Notes: generated by a model not told the origin, from the letters alone. 64,000 nt of DNA from Eledone cirrhosa (GCA_964016885.1 OZ024740.1:329344001-329408000), one strand, 5' to 3'; counted from the stretch's first letter, positions 37,513 through 51,750 are shown. Numbers and translations are program-made.

Positions 37513-39017
37513 AAGTCAAGCAACACACCCGACTTAGCCTATGGATCAACACCCAGGAAGTAATCTCCTGGTTCAGCAATATGGAGGATAAACGAGAAAC
37601 TAAATTCATACAGTTCGACATAGAGAGCTACTATGCTTCAATCACCTTACCGCTACTTACTGCCGCCTTGGACTTCGCCGAAACACTCGTGCCCATCACC
37701 GACCAGGAAAGAAAAATCATCCTCCACGCCAGGAAGACAGTCTTACTCTTTGACGACTCTAAATGGATAAAAAGAGCTCCCGACTCACCCTTCGACGTCA
37801 GCATGGGCGCCACGGATTCGGCGGAGGTCACTGATCTTATAGGATTATTCCTAATAGCCAAACTCACTGATATGTTTCCTGCATTCGGTGGTGGATTGTA
37901 CCGTGATGATGGGCTCCTTACCCTTAAAGGGTACAACCCCAGTAGTACAGATCGGGTCCGGAAACAATTAATCAGATTCTTCCGCGACTGGGGATTTAAA
38001 ATAACCCTACAAACGTCCCTGACCCGAGTAAACTTCCTGGACGTAACCCTCGACCTCGAAAACGACCTGTACTACCCATACAGGAAACCTAATGACAATC
38101 TGCACTACATCCACCGCCGATCAAACCATCCTAGGAACATCACAAACAACCTGGTCAAAAACATCTCCCTCCGCATATCCCGTTTGTCAGCTAATGAGCG
38201 GATATTCGATGAACATGCGCCTTATTACAACCAGGCCCTCAAGCGGAGTGGTTTCCGGGAGGAAATATCCTACTGTCCAGATCCCATTAGCGGAACCAGC
38301 AGGAGACACCGCCGCTCACGCAATGTAACATGGTTCAATCCTCCCCACAACGCAGAGGTGACTACTCCCATCGGGAAACTATTCTTTAGGCTCATTGAAA
38401 AACACTTCCCATTACAACACCGCTACCACAACATAATTAACAAAAATACCATCAAACTCTCTTACAGCACTACACCAAACTTCGCACAAAACATCGTCTC
38501 CTCTAACAACAAAAAACTCAACCCCGATGGCAGAAATAACCTAAATAGCAGTGGAGAACCGACCAGGAGGTGTAAATGCCCGGATAGATCTATTTGCCCA
38601 CTCGACAATAGATGCAGAGACCGTAATGTGATCTACCAGTGCAACGTGAGGACGGATACCTCCAACAAAGCCTATATAGGACTTACCGCATGTGACTTCA
38701 AGACCCGGCTATACCAACATAGACATACCTTCCGAAACCCGGCCCGGCGTCACGCCACTACACTTTCGGGCCACATATGGGACCTCAAGGACAACAACAT
38801 CACCTATGATCTCACTTGGAGATTACTGTCCAGAGCCAATTCTTACACGGGAGGACGCCGTCCGTGCAATTTATGCTCGGAGGAAACTTTACAAATGCTG
38901 TTTTCGACGGACCAACTCCTAAACAAGAAAGATGAACTGGTTACTGCATGTAAACATAGATTGCGTAGGACTTACCTCGCCCTCAAACCCCATAATGACC
39001 CGGGGGGGGGGGGGTAG
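37513..39017 (+). CDS. Uninterrupted but N-truncated PLE reverse transcriptase + GIY-YIG endonuclease
   Basis: QFDIESYYASI, SMGATDSAEVTDLIGL, GLYRDDGL, FLDVTLDL, CKCPDRSICPL, VIYQC...YIGLT, CNLCSEE, CKH. The first ~30 codons of the 530-aa track ORF come from the inverted pLTR and are not native. Confidence 0.88.
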
Positions 39018-40115
39018 ACTAGGGCTATAACACCCCAGTTGCCGATTTTGCAATGGGTAACCCCTGCTTGCCAAGGAAGACGTAAGATCTTCTTTGTATT
39101 CTTTTATCGCATCCTTTATTTCCTTCCCCCCTCTCTCCTTTGTCCTTCTACCCCAGCTCTTCTCCTTTGTCGGCGTCTTTTCTCGCCCACCCGAGGCTGC
39201 CCTTTGGCCCCATGTAGCCTTAGTACCCCCACTCCCCCCTCCCCTAGTCTTTGATAGATTTGGCGGACTCCGCCCTTTATAGCAGTTGGCTTAGACCCCG
39301 GATACTTGCCCCCCTTTTCCGACCGCTCCCACTATTCTCTGTGCCCTCTATATTTCTTAGTGGCACTTATGCCTTATTTTTTCGTTTCAGTATTTCTTGC
39401 TTCGCTTTTCTTCTGGGCGGGGTGGATTCTGAACTTATTTCTCCGTATTCTACCTTTATTTCGTACGAACTTTCATGTAGCTTGTTTTAGATCTTTTAGA
39501 GTTAGCATTAGTATATATTTTTCCCGGGACTCAGAATTATTATGTCGTACAAGTTCACTTTGCTGCACTGGGTCGTTGCTGGCCCGGGATGGAAACCTTT
39601 ATTGTTTATTTCGTGGTAGTCTCTTTAGTATTTTGGCCCCTTTTGTTGACCAGTCACCGTATCATTTACGTACTTATACCTCTTAAAAGGGTCCTTGCCT
39701 AATTCGTCCCACCTAGTTCTTTTACTTATTTTCTTATTTATTTATTTATTTATTTATTTACTTCTTTCTTTCTTTCTTTATTTTATTCTCGCCTAACAAT
39801 AGCCTGACACCTAGGTCGTAGAATTTAATTTTTTCTTTACACTTATTTGCTTTTCTTCACTCTCAGTATTTTTTCTTTCCTATTTTTACCCCCCATTGTT
39901 CTACCTACCGTTCCGACTTCCTCCCCCTCCCCCTCCCCTGTATCTTCTTTGACCTCATGCCCAGCTGTAGCTGGCACTACCAACGCTTGATTGGGTCTAC
40001 TCCACCCCCTCCCCTCTTTCTCCTACTGGCAGGTTTAGCCACCATCTCCCCTACTAATTTGCAACCACAGAATTACTACTGATCTTTGACAATCACTTTG
40101 ACCATATATGGAATT

Positions 40116-40209
40116 ACCCCTTGAGAAGATCGGCTATTTAAATACCAGGATAAATGTTCATTTAGTCCAGAATTAGCCGTCGAAACGGCTTGAGCTCAGC
40201 TGTCGGGGT
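40116..40209 (+). ncRNA. Type I hammerhead ribozyme, U3:A8 core, long stem II, full stem III (mirror copy on - strand at 37199-37292)
   Basis: acccc-TTGAGAA-ga(t)cggcta...tagccgtc-GAAA-cggct tgagctc agct GTC-ggggt. Confidence 0.82.
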
Positions 40210-40300
40210 CTTACTGGTTCCTATTACCCACTCTACTACCTCAAGTATTGAGTACTTTGGTGCGTTATGGTCCACCTGGTTCCTTACCACATTTCCTTCG

Positions 40301-40340
<40 letters not shown>

Positions 40341-40346
<6 letters not shown>

Positions 40347-40545
40347 ATACTTGGGGAGGGTCATATTTGTGTAATATGCCAGAATTAATAACAGAACACA
40401 CTCACTGTTTGGTTGTATTTCGCTTCTGTGTCTTTTATATCGGTTAATTTAATTTATTCGGTCCTCAATGTTGCCATTGACTGACCAACGGTCAAAAATA
40501 CAAATACAATATAGACACAAACACACATATATAGTCTATCAAAGT
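40341..40545 (-). mobile_element. Solo 3' tail of the PLE D family
   Basis: Reverse complement of 60618-60832 (actttgata...atgaccctcccaagtataacaat). Confidence 0.85.
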
Positions 40546-40743
40546 ACATAGATTTATGTTAAATGAAAGTGTATTACATCAACAATACTATGTGTTATTG
40601 ATTTTATAACATATTGTGTATAATTCAACTCGTATCTCGGATTGTGTGCTCTACCTACGTGGATATCTGTCATAAAATTCAACTAATCTCTCTCTCTCTC
40701 TCTCTGTATATATATATATATATATTTTACTTACATATATACG

Positions 40744-40844
<101 letters not shown>

Positions 40845-40872
40845 CGTGTGTGTGTGTGGCGTGTGCGTGTCT

Positions 40873-40905
<33 letters not shown>

Positions 40906-42059
40906 ACCTCAGATTTGAAATATAACTTCTACTTTGTATTATATGACTTATTGTTAATTATAAAAATGAAAATATCGTATTAAATACGTCCAAACTTTTG
41001 ATGATTAGCCACGTGTAAATCCTCATTGAACAAATATATGTTTAAATCTACTTCATTGATGTTAATTATGTCATTTTAGATAAAATAGAGTCAATCTGAA
41101 CTAATGTGCCGCGACTTTGTTTAGGACTGTGCCCTTGATTCGCTGCAGATCTGCCAACTATTCCTTCCAGTTTGAAAGGTCACGCAAATATTTCCTCCTT
41201 GGCCCAGTTCACATTATAGCTATAAATGTATGCATGTTGTTTACATTCAAAAATATTATTTGCCTGACTTTTAACACCATACCTTTTGCTTATTTGTAAC
41301 ACTATATATTTTGATATATCACGTAGCTTTTCTCTTTAACAATTTTCATATTCTGCGGATATCGTAAAATATTCAGACATTTACACCAAGAGATTTTATC
41401 TCTCTTGACCTATGGCACAAGATTTATGTTTTTAAGTGGATAATGTTTCTGGTTCTGAGGTTAGCATTTCCCGCTTATTTTGTTTCTTTAATCGAAATTT
41501 TGCTTTTTGTTACAGGGCACTAACATATATTTCAATTCATAGTTTCACTGTACTAATACATGCCAGCACATCTTACTTTCAATAATTTTGAAATTCTAGT
41601 AAGTACTTAGCCAAGTAATCTGATTATTTCTATTAGGGGATGGGAGAAAAATTCTGAAGTTATATGTTAACCTGTCAACGTTGAAACGCAATTGACTTAA
41701 TTTGGGTTTCCACCGTTTATCTAAAAAAAACCATAAGACATCACTTATCAAGAGGCAATGGGTAAAAACGTCAGATGGCTTGACCACGACAAAATCAAAA
41801 TCTTTATATTTCGGCAAAGTATATAGGGAATAATTTTCTCTAAAGCATTAAATATTTTATTGGAATACCTTCACACAAGGATTGAAAGCAAACCACGGCA
41901 TTTCAAAGCAGCTTAAATGTTTATCTATGGCATCTAAACATTGCTTGTGTTCAACCTTATTCAAAGTAATTAGTACTAATATAACATATCTACATAATGG
42001 CACTCTGTTGGTTACCCCGACGAGTGTTACAGTTGATACGATCAACGGAACAACCTTCT

Positions 42060-42320
42060 CGTGAAATAAACGTGTGAATGGCTGAGCATTCCGCAGAAAC
42101 GCGTACTTATAATGTAATTCTCAGGGAGATTCAGTGGGACACAGAATGTGACAGGGATGGCCCTTCGCATTACAGGTACACCTCATCAACTAATTTTGGC
42201 TAGCTGAGTGGAGTGGAGCAACGTGAAATAAAGTGTCTTGCCCAAAGAAAAACGTGCCGCCGGTAATCGAACTCACGACATTACGATTGTGAACCGAATG
42301 ACCTAACCACAAATCTTTGC
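42060..42320 (-). mobile_element. tRNA-derived SINE family 2
   Basis: Minus strand gtggttagg (A-box end), gagttcgattacc (B-box), then central domain ttgggcaagacactttatttcacgttgctccactccactcagc; a more decayed relative lies at about 48340-48570. Confidence 0.75.
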
Positions 42321-43599
42321 GTCTTCACAACAGTTCAATATAGTCAATAAAATGTAACATCAACTGACCTCTACATGTTATTTTCACCCCATGGATAATT
42401 TATCCTAACCACCCATATAAGCCTTACTTGATATGTCATGGATTTTCTTCCCAGATTTCTCTAACCAAGCATTGAGTTTCTGCAAGGGCAATTGGGCTCA
42501 CTTTCCTGTCCTCCCGTTGTTTAAAAAAATATATAGATAAAATGTTAAACTAGGCTAGTTAGAATTATGGAACAGTAATTATATCTTTAGAAACTCCAAA
42601 CTAAGAAGCTGGATTCATATTGCTATTATTTACAGTATTACGTAAACTAACTACCACTGATTTTGTTCACTCTACTTGTCAGTTTTCTTATCTAAAAACA
42701 TACTGAATCTACAAATTTCAGTAAGACGATGGAATAATATAAGTTGCATTATCATAACTGAGATCTTAGGTTATATCCAGAGTGAGATACACATTTCTGT
42801 AAATTCAAATCAATGGATAGTAAAATATATACAATAGAAATAAGTTTATCAAGGTAAACAGAACGCAGACCTGCCAGCCTGTAAAAATAGGAATGGTCTG
42901 TACCCCAAAACGAGGAGAAACGAGGCAAAATGGGATTTTACAAAAAAGACGTCTCTCACCAACAACAAAGTGTGTGGGATATCTCCCCATCGAAGAGGGA
43001 AAGTTGACAGGTATTAAAACGTGAAATGCTCCCGTTTTTTTTTTCCTTTTCATTATAAGGTCGCTCTAAAAGTAGGTTACTGATATTCGCAAACGTCATT
43101 ACGTCTTTCCCTCCATAAAACATTTCAGCTAGTTACAATTTTAATTAAATATTGAACTCACTAATCAGAATCTCTATCCCGACCTCGCAGCTTACCGCTT
43201 GTGTAATAAGTATATTTAAACTAAGTTAATTCATCTGACCTAATTACATTGTTTGATGATAATAAAATAGAAAAGAAACTTAATACCAAGGTAAAAACAA
43301 GATTAAATAAGAAAAAAAAAAGACAATTCCAGAAACATTTTCAAAAACTATATCTAATTTGGTGCGAAAAAGTGAGTTCCGTATCTATTTAACAAACGTT
43401 TTATATTTAATGATGTGTACGTTGTTTTCATTGGAGTTTCATTGGAGTTTATTTACAAATTGCTTTGGCTTCGGAATACATAATTATAAATATCTATGTA
43501 CACTACAAGTCCCACAAATTCATATATGTATGTACACAGAGCCATTCGATAGCATGTATGTGTATATAAATGTACACATACGCACGCACGCACACACAA

Positions 43600-43630
<31 letters not shown>

Positions 43631-43632
43631 AA

Positions 43633-46425
43633 TATAAGAGGGTGTTAAAGTTTGCTTGAAGCATTGTGAAATGTGTAAAATATGTAGTTTAGAAAGCCAC
43701 AACAATGCAGATGGGAATTCTCGAGGTAGGAAGTGAGTGAGAAATAGGAGAAAAGTGAAAATTGAGAGAAACGAAAATGAAAACAAAACAAAGGTAGAAG
43801 GGTTACCGTAGTGGAGATTTAATCCCAATATTTCGGGCTCACGCCCATCAACGGGGGTAAGTTCCATAAGGGGGGGGGGGACAGGCTAAGCCGGAGAAAG
43901 TTGTATTGTCGTTAAAACATAGGAATGCCGTTATGGGGAAAATTCAAACGAGGGAAAGAATGCGCGTGCGCGTGATAGACTGTGGCAAAAGCTACTGACC
44001 AATTGGGTTAAATCAATAGGGTGCGCTAGCGTGTGAAAGCCGTAAAATATGTGTGTGTAAATATATGTGTGTGTAACTGTGTGTGTATATGTGTATGTGT
44101 GTATGTATGTGAGTGTGTGTGTATGAAAGATAGTGGGCCGTAGAAGCTGGAAATCAAAGGGTGTGAAAGGTGGTAGGTTGTATAAACATGTGTGCGTGTA
44201 TAAATATAGATGTGTGTGAGTATGTGTATGGGTATACATATAAGTGCGTGTGTGTGAGAGATAGTAGGCCGTAGGGGCTGTTACTGGTCACTATGGTTAA
44301 ATTAGCCATGTCAGCTCATTTCTCTCAGCCCGGTTGTTAAGTGGGGGTCTGAGGTTCTTAATAACAAGTGCTTCCTTTACCCTTAAGGATCCGATGCTGC
44401 GTTCAGTCGCTAGGACTGTGACCAAGGGTCTGCCCTGTGGGTTTCCGCATTTAAGGATGTGTTTACGGAAGGAAGATGCGTTGGTGTTGACATGTTCCTT
44501 GATACGAACATGTAGGGGTCGGATGGTGCTACCTATGTAAAACTTGTTACATTTATCGCATTGAATCTTATATACGACATAGGTGCGTAGGCAATCTGCC
44601 CCCCCCCCCCCGTATCGGGCAGTTGCTGAGGGAACACGTCCCATCTGACTCGTCGGGTTTGTTGGAGAGTCATCTTCGGAGCGAAGGTCCTGTGTGGGCC
44701 AAATGTATGTCAAGTCCCTCCCTCCGTATGGCCCTGCGGATGGCGTTCGTGGTATATTCACTCAGGTGGGGGATTTTAAAGAAGCACCTGCTTTTATCTA
44801 AGTTTCTAGTGGGTGTCGGTCTATTGGGTCTGGGGTCTCTAATTCCGTTAATCAGTCGCTTGGGATATCCATTAGACTTGAGTAGATTACTGAATTGCGT
44901 GGTATGGGTGAGACCACCCATCGGGTCGCTGCATCTATTAGTGATCCGTGTAAGTTCATTTAGGACATAGCCCTCCCCAACAACGCTAAGAGAGGCTGAG
45001 TTGTAATGCACAAATAAGTCCTTGCACGCTGCGTTGCGGTAGAAGGTGGTGTTTATGTCTCCTTCTTCCGAGATGTTGATACGGAAGTCGAGGGGGGCGA
45101 GTGACCCGTCTTCTCCAGGGTGTTCGATGGTGAAATCGACGTGATGGTCAGTGTCGTTGAAGATTTGGTGAATTTCATTCGCCATCTCCCGGGAAGAAGT
45201 GAGTATCAGTATGTCATCAACGTATCTGGAGTAGAAGGCGACGGCGTTGGGTTGGCAGGTGTTGAGTGCCTTGCGTTCCAGGTGGTCCATGTACGAGATC
45301 GCAAGTATGCCGGGCAGACTAGAACCCATAGGTAGCCCAGAGATCTGTTTGTACGTGTGGCCGAGGAAATTGAAGAATGCATTATCCACAACGAAGGAGA
45401 GGAGTTGGTGGATGTCCGTGTGTGTGAGTCCGAAGCAGTGTAAGTTAGATGCTCGGACTCGTTCGGTCAACAGGTCGACGGCTGGGGATGCTGGTACGGA
45501 GGTATAAAGGGCGACCACATCAAGACTGAAGGCATATCCGTTGTCCTTTCTGGTGTTGGGCGCCAGATGGTGTAGTCGCTCCAAGACCTCCTTTGAGCTG
45601 CAGACGTGGGCTGGTAGTGTGTGTAGAATGGGTTTCAGTAGTGTGGAGAGCAGCCACGATATTTTGTAAAGTGGGCCCTCCACGCTAGAGACAATGGGCC
45701 TGATTTTCAAATCGGGTCCTTGTTTATGGGTTTTCACCAGGTGGTAGAAGGTGGGTAGTTTGCTGTTTCGAGACATTATGTTTTTTTTTTTTTTTTTTAC
45801 CTTCTTTGGCAGTTTTCGTTGGACACAGATGTCAGTCCATATGGTGTTAATGCCTTCCTCGATTAGAGTCGAGGAGGTCCCTGTGACTTTCGAGTAGAGG
45901 CTGTCGTCATTAAGATGTTGGAGAGCTAAGTTGTTGTAGGTCTCTCTCGAGATGACACAGAATTCTTTCCCCTTGTCAGAGGGAAGGTAAACAAGGTTCC
46001 TGGGTCTTAGGTTGGTGAGAGTATTAAATTGTGCATTGGTGAGGTTGCGTTTATTGTGTGTGTGTGTTGGGAAAGGATGTTAGAGATAGAATGTTTCAAC
46101 CTGAGTAGTTTAGTGTCAAGTTCGTGGTTGGTGGGTGGGGGGTGGAGTGGGTTGTCGAGGTGGTACGTGGGGAGTGTGGGGTGGGTTGTGGGGTTGTAAT
46201 TGATCTCGGTGTTGTTTTGGATGGTGGTTAGCTATTTCAGTTGATACGCTGTCCGACAAAGTTGATTTCGATGTCGAGTTTCAGTCTATCATCGAGACGC
46301 TGTGTAATGATGAACTTGGGTCCGAGGCGCAGGAGTTCGAGTTCGACGTTGGTGAGGGTACCGGTTAGGTCGGTAACGAGGTGTGAAGCATCGTTGGTAG
46401 GTCGATCGCTGTTGGGGGGTGTAGC
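43633..46425 (-). mobile_element. Penelope-like element C (Nematis/Neptune-like linker), decayed
   Basis: LPSDKGKEF at about 45970; RT 44670-45776 (KTHK, SLDVVALYTSV, GLPMGS, RYVDDI); CSLSNCPI..C linker; GIY-YIG VVYKIQCDKCNKFYIGST...RIKEH; (CA)-rich 3' UTR ending at (TA)n. Confidence 0.9.
43823..43857 (-). ncRNA. Degenerate minimal hammerhead in PLE C pLTR
   Basis: Minus strand: ccc-CCGTTGA-t-gggc gtga gccc-GAAA-tatt-ggg; two core mismatches to CTGATGA. Confidence 0.5.
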
Positions 46426-46820
46426 ATATTCGCACATACACAATCAAACACACACACAAACATACACATACACACACATTTATATATATTTTGGCTCATT
46501 CGTAAACCCAACCAAATGTGAAATATTAATAGCTTCATACCCTTATCACGTGACCTTGCAATGCCACGGCCCTCCTCACAATACATAACCACAACATTCC
46601 AGGTGAAACGCCACATGCCCACACACACACACAGTGACCGCAACATCTCCATACGTAAATATACTCACATATTGCATATATTTACGGGAAATGACAGCAG
46701 GCGTTCATATCATCATTAGGTAAGGATCGGAGGCATTGAGATTATATCAAAGACTGGTTAAAATACCGCATGCCTAACTAAAGCATTTCTTGTAAGTGAT
46801 CATTAATTAAAAATATACAA

Positions 46821-47006
46821 GGCGGTGGAGTGGCAGTATCGTTAGAGGGTCGGACGTCATGCTTTGACGCATAGAGTTACGGCCCTTGCCATTCTGAGTT
46901 CAAATCCCGCCGAGGTTAACTTTGCCTTTCATCCTTATGGGGTCGATAAAATAAAGTACCAGTAATACACTGTGTGATTGCTGGCCTTGTGCCAAAAGTA
47001 GAAACA
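46821..47006 (+). mobile_element. SINE family 1, full length, 16-bp TSD
   Basis: attaattaaaaatata at 46802-46817 and 47007-47022; A and B boxes intact. Confidence 0.92.
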
Positions 47007-47382
47007 ATTAATTAAAAATATAAGATCAGGCTCATCATCATAGTAGACTATAAAATGCTAATATCCCATGAATGAGTGATGCAGTAAACCTCGACTGGGT
47101 TTGATACAACCCTCAAGTGATGGAAATACGGTTATTACGTCAGAAGAAAAAACAATTATACAGAACTGGACCTTAGTAGCACGGAAAACAAAAATGAAGA
47201 GCGACAAACTTCCATATTACTCAGGATTTTACATGCAATGTTCATCGATGACTATGAGCAGTCACTCTTTTAGGGTGGATGTATCTCTCTCTCTATATAC
47301 ACACACACGCACACACACACACATACACACACACACACACACACATACACACACACACACACACATACACACATACACATAA

Positions 47383-47461
<79 letters not shown>

Positions 47462-47537
47462 GTGTGTATATATATATGTATATATATATATACATATATA
47501 ATATATATATATATGTATATATATATATACATATATA

Positions 47538-47568
<31 letters not shown>

Positions 47569-48142
47569 CATATATAATATAATATATATATAGAGAGAGA
47601 GAGATGGAGAGAGAGAGAGAGCGAGAGAGAGAGTGATCCGTGACCCCTCAGGGAATCTTGGGGCACAATATTGACACACGCGTTTCTAGAGTATTTTTAA
47701 AACAGAATATTTCTTCCAAAGGATGATAGAAAGTGAAAGAAAGGAAGAGTGAATGATGCATAGAGTAAGAATCGACTCCTGTATTAGACAAGTACTTTTT
47801 TATCGACCATAAATGGATGAAACGTACAGTTGACCTCAGCGGGATTTGAACTAAGAGAGCAAAGCGTCGGATCGAATACTGAAAATCATTCTATCATCCT
47901 ATACCAATTCATCGAATATATGTATATAAATATATAAATATATATAACATCACACGTCCGGCGATCCTCTGTATCAATAAAAATAAATATCTTCCAAATC
48001 TAAAGTAAAGGTCTTTTTATAATATTCATTTGTCCACCGTTTTAGAAGCTTAGGATGACATAACTGATAGTCTTCAGCGAAGAAATGAACATCACGGATT
48101 TTAATAAACCAAATCCAAATGAATATTGCTTCGGATTTTTAT

Positions 48143-48178
<36 letters not shown>

Positions 48179-49081
48179 GTGTGTGTGTGAGAGTCGAGTT
48201 TAAAAATCTGCAAGGTGAAAGATGTGACCTCGAAAATTAACTTCTATATATGTACATGCATGTATATTGGATCTCCGTTGGTTCCGACCATGATTGTTTA
48301 TGTTAATGCGAACAAAGGAACAGCCAGTCTTCGTGCAATTGACTGAGGATTCCATTGGTACGTGTACTCTTAACGCAGTTCTCAAGGTGACTTAATATGA
48401 CATATGGCATTGCAATGCTGGTGATTTAAATCAATGGTACATTGCATGTTTGACAACTGAGTGAAAGGGAAGCAAGTTAAATGATGTTTCATGCTCATCA
48501 ACACAAGGATTCTACAGGAAATGATCACACAACCTTACAAACTGGATCTGAACATTTCAGCCACTAAACAACATATGAAAATAAAAATATATGTATTTAC
48601 ATACCTTGAGCATATACAGATGTGACGGTCAAATAAATGAAGTTCCACCTAGAAAAACTAATAGGTCTTGCTCATGTATTTAAATGACATTTTGTACCAT
48701 GTATGAGAGTTAATTATGTAGATTTGTTTATGTAGTAGAAATGAATACAGAGTTCTCAAAATTGGAGAATCAATGACAATAGATTTACATAAATCTCGTA
48801 AAATTTAAGCTGGGATTATGTCTATAAAATATCCATCTTCCCATCTTGCTTTCTTTGTTTATGTGTTTAAAAGGTATATAAACGTTCAAATGTAAGCGTA
48901 CATTTTTTGTGTAGCGCTGAACACAATGGATACAAATCCATTAGTGTATGGAGGCTTCAACTAGAAAATTTAAAGATAATATCAGAACAATCTGTGTGTC
49001 CCCTCTCTCTCTCACTCTCGCTATCTCTCTATCTATCTATCTCGAATACATACACAAACATACACACACATACACCCACAC

Positions 49082-49112
<31 letters not shown>

Positions 49113-49458
49113 ATCCAATCTAGCATAATATTTCCTTTCATAGATATAGCTACAACGGTGGGTAAGCAGAATTATCGACAAGTTATATCGAATATTTTTT
49201 GTTTTTATTAGTAGCGATTGATGTTTGTCTATATTTTTCATGTTAGAAATGCATAATAAATTGTTTCAGCTACTGTAACTACTGGTTACTTTCTAGTAAA
49301 ATATTCAATATATCCATTTATCATTTACTTAGTATAATATATTCAATATTCTGTCTGTCTTGATGGAGTTTCCTAACGTTTTCCTTTTCTTATAAATGGC
49401 TTATAATGATCCGAAAAAGCCCCGCCTCAATACATTTATAATAATAATAATAATAATT

Positions 49459-49855
49459 GTTTCTACTTTAGGCACAAGGCCAGCAAATACCCAGTACATT
49501 ACTGGTACTTTATTTTATCGACCCCGTAAGGATGAAAGGCAACGTTAACCTCGGCGGGATTTGAACTCAGATCGTAAAGGGACGTAACTATGCTAGAAAG
49601 CATGGCGTCCAACCCTCTACCGATACTAGGCACAAGGCCAGTGATTTTGGGGGAGGGGAAAGTCGATTAAATCGACCCCAGTGCGTGACTGGTACTTTAT
49701 TTTATCGACCCCGTAAGGATGAAAGGCAAAGTTAACCTCGGCGGGATTTGAACCAAACCATATACGCAGCAGGTTATACTAGAGCTGCCGCTGTTTCTTA
49801 TAAATAGTATATTAAGGTAATCAGACACTCTACCGATACTGCCAATCCACCGCCC
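49459..49855 (-). mobile_element. Two tandem SINE family 1 copies, the second interrupted by a foreign ~70-bp insert
   Basis: 49459-49627 and 49628-49855 (long-tail variant), (TAA)n on both sides; insert at 49753-49823. Confidence 0.85.
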
Positions 49856-50389
49856 TAATAATAATATTAATAATAATAATAATAATAATAAAGGCCGTTA
49901 CAATACCAGTGATTCTGGGAGGACTGGGAATGATAAAGAAAGGAACAGAACAATATTTTCGAATGATTCCTGGTTTACCCTCTCTGCACGAGGTGCAAAA
50001 AATTATTTTGACTGGTACTGCACATGCATTGAGAAGAGCACTATCACTGTAAGATTGATATCCCTCCTTGTCTTTACATATGCATATGCACATGTGTATA
50101 TATGTATACTGTTTTTTTCTAATTATAATCAATGTGCTGTATTAACTGGCTTACCAGTGCACACTGTGAATTTATTTGCCCTAGGTGTCAGGAAGACACT
50201 CGACATATATCGCAGGAACAATAATCAAAGAAAATAATAAAAAAAGTAATAATAATAGTTTCTGATTTAAGCACAATACCAGCAATATTGTGTGACTAGT
50301 ACTTTATAAGAGCAGCTAACCTCGGTGGGATTTGAACTCAGAACATAAAGGGCTTTAAACTGGGGGTGACTTAGGAAGACCACTAATCC

Positions 50390-51750
50390 TAAACCACACT
50401 GACCGCATTGCCCAACATGTAGATGGGTGAGCACCTGAAAGCATATCAGATAACAGGCGCCTAGCCTCGGTCTTTGCTTGACCAACAACTGCAGCTCAGT
50501 CAAAGAGACGAGCTGCATAAAGAACAAACTGACAATAGGGGAACACACTTGCTAAACTTTTGGGAATATATCGAGATGTCTTAGAATTAGTGACTCATTG
50601 CGAATCATCAATCAGGGCAGACCAAGCACTCCACGTAGGGAGTGCTGTCAAAAGATGTTCCGCATCACAAATTGAACCTATCTCTTCTACAAGAGGTTGA
50701 AGGGCAGTCACTACATTTTGGAGGGACGTGAACGGAGGTAAGGTACGACAGTCAGGCGGTAATAAATGAGGCTCATTTTGGGGTGAGAGTTGCCACGATG
50801 CTCGATATCTCGTCCCAGTTCTTATCTGCAGGAGATCTGGCTCAAACCAGCGCCTGAGCTACTTCCCAGGTCCGACAGTCCGAGGTCGCTGTTGATAAGC
50901 ATGAATTTGCGTCTACATGCGCCAATTTGCAGACCCAACTATTTGCCGGGTTGATCTTTGCTCACTTTTGTATTCCTCTAAGACGTTGCTGACAACCCCG
51001 ATTACTGAGCTGTTGGACACCATCATGGTGCCGTCGTTCGCATATGCCGTTGCAGCCATTTCACATTTTGACACTAGCGGGCTGCCCCGTAGCCGCTCTA
51101 GCTTCCGCAGTAATGGCTCAAGCGTCAATAAGTATAGAGTGAGGAGTGAGGGCATGTTGAACGGACAAATTGTGTGAACAGGATCGGCCGGGTATCGCTG
51201 GCCGATCCAAGTTTATTAGAGAACCTCAGATTAAGCTAGATTAACTCCCTACCCTTTATATGTTGTATCGCATGAAGTGGAGTTTGTTGTGTATAGGCTT
51301 GGTCTTCATATCTGTGTATAGAAGAGTTATAGGCCTGAAATTATTTAAGACGTTCCACTTGTTCCAGGCTTTCCTGATCACAGAACTGGGAATTCTCCCA
51401 TTCTGTAATGGACGGCTTGGAGGAGATCGGAAAACAAGTTTGGTATATCTACGTAAAACTCATATGGCAGATAAGCGCAACTGTAAGATGTGTGCCTCGT
51501 ATAGTAAGCCGACCAGGGCTTCTAGAATCTTGGCTGCTGTTTTCAGCGTTCCGCAGCACACCGCATCAGTCAGCAAGAGTGAAGCAGGCTTTGGAATGAA
51601 GAACTATAATCCACTACAGTATCTGACGTTCCGCTGTTCCCGAACAGTCGTGGAAGTGCTTGCGAAACGCCAGAGAAACCATGCACGCACCCGTTTCGGC
51701 CAGTCAAAGAACGAATTATAATTTTTGCCGGCCGTGACATTGTTGTTCGT
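50390..51750 (-). mobile_element. Old L1/Tx1 LINE fragment
   Basis: Minus strand NNFRPITLLYTDMK (about 51330), PSLLTLYLLTLEPLLRKL, AYANDG; DNA collinear with 16150-16950; boundaries approximate. Confidence 0.75.

Larger units (their letters stand above)
37184..40302 (+). mobile_element. Penelope-like element B (Naiad-like), 5'-truncated with inverted pLTR, young
   Basis: 329-bp inverted repeat 37184-37512 / 39896-40224 (one mismatch seen), open RT-GIY-YIG frame, 3' tail to about 40302, (TA)n on both sides. Confidence 0.93.
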
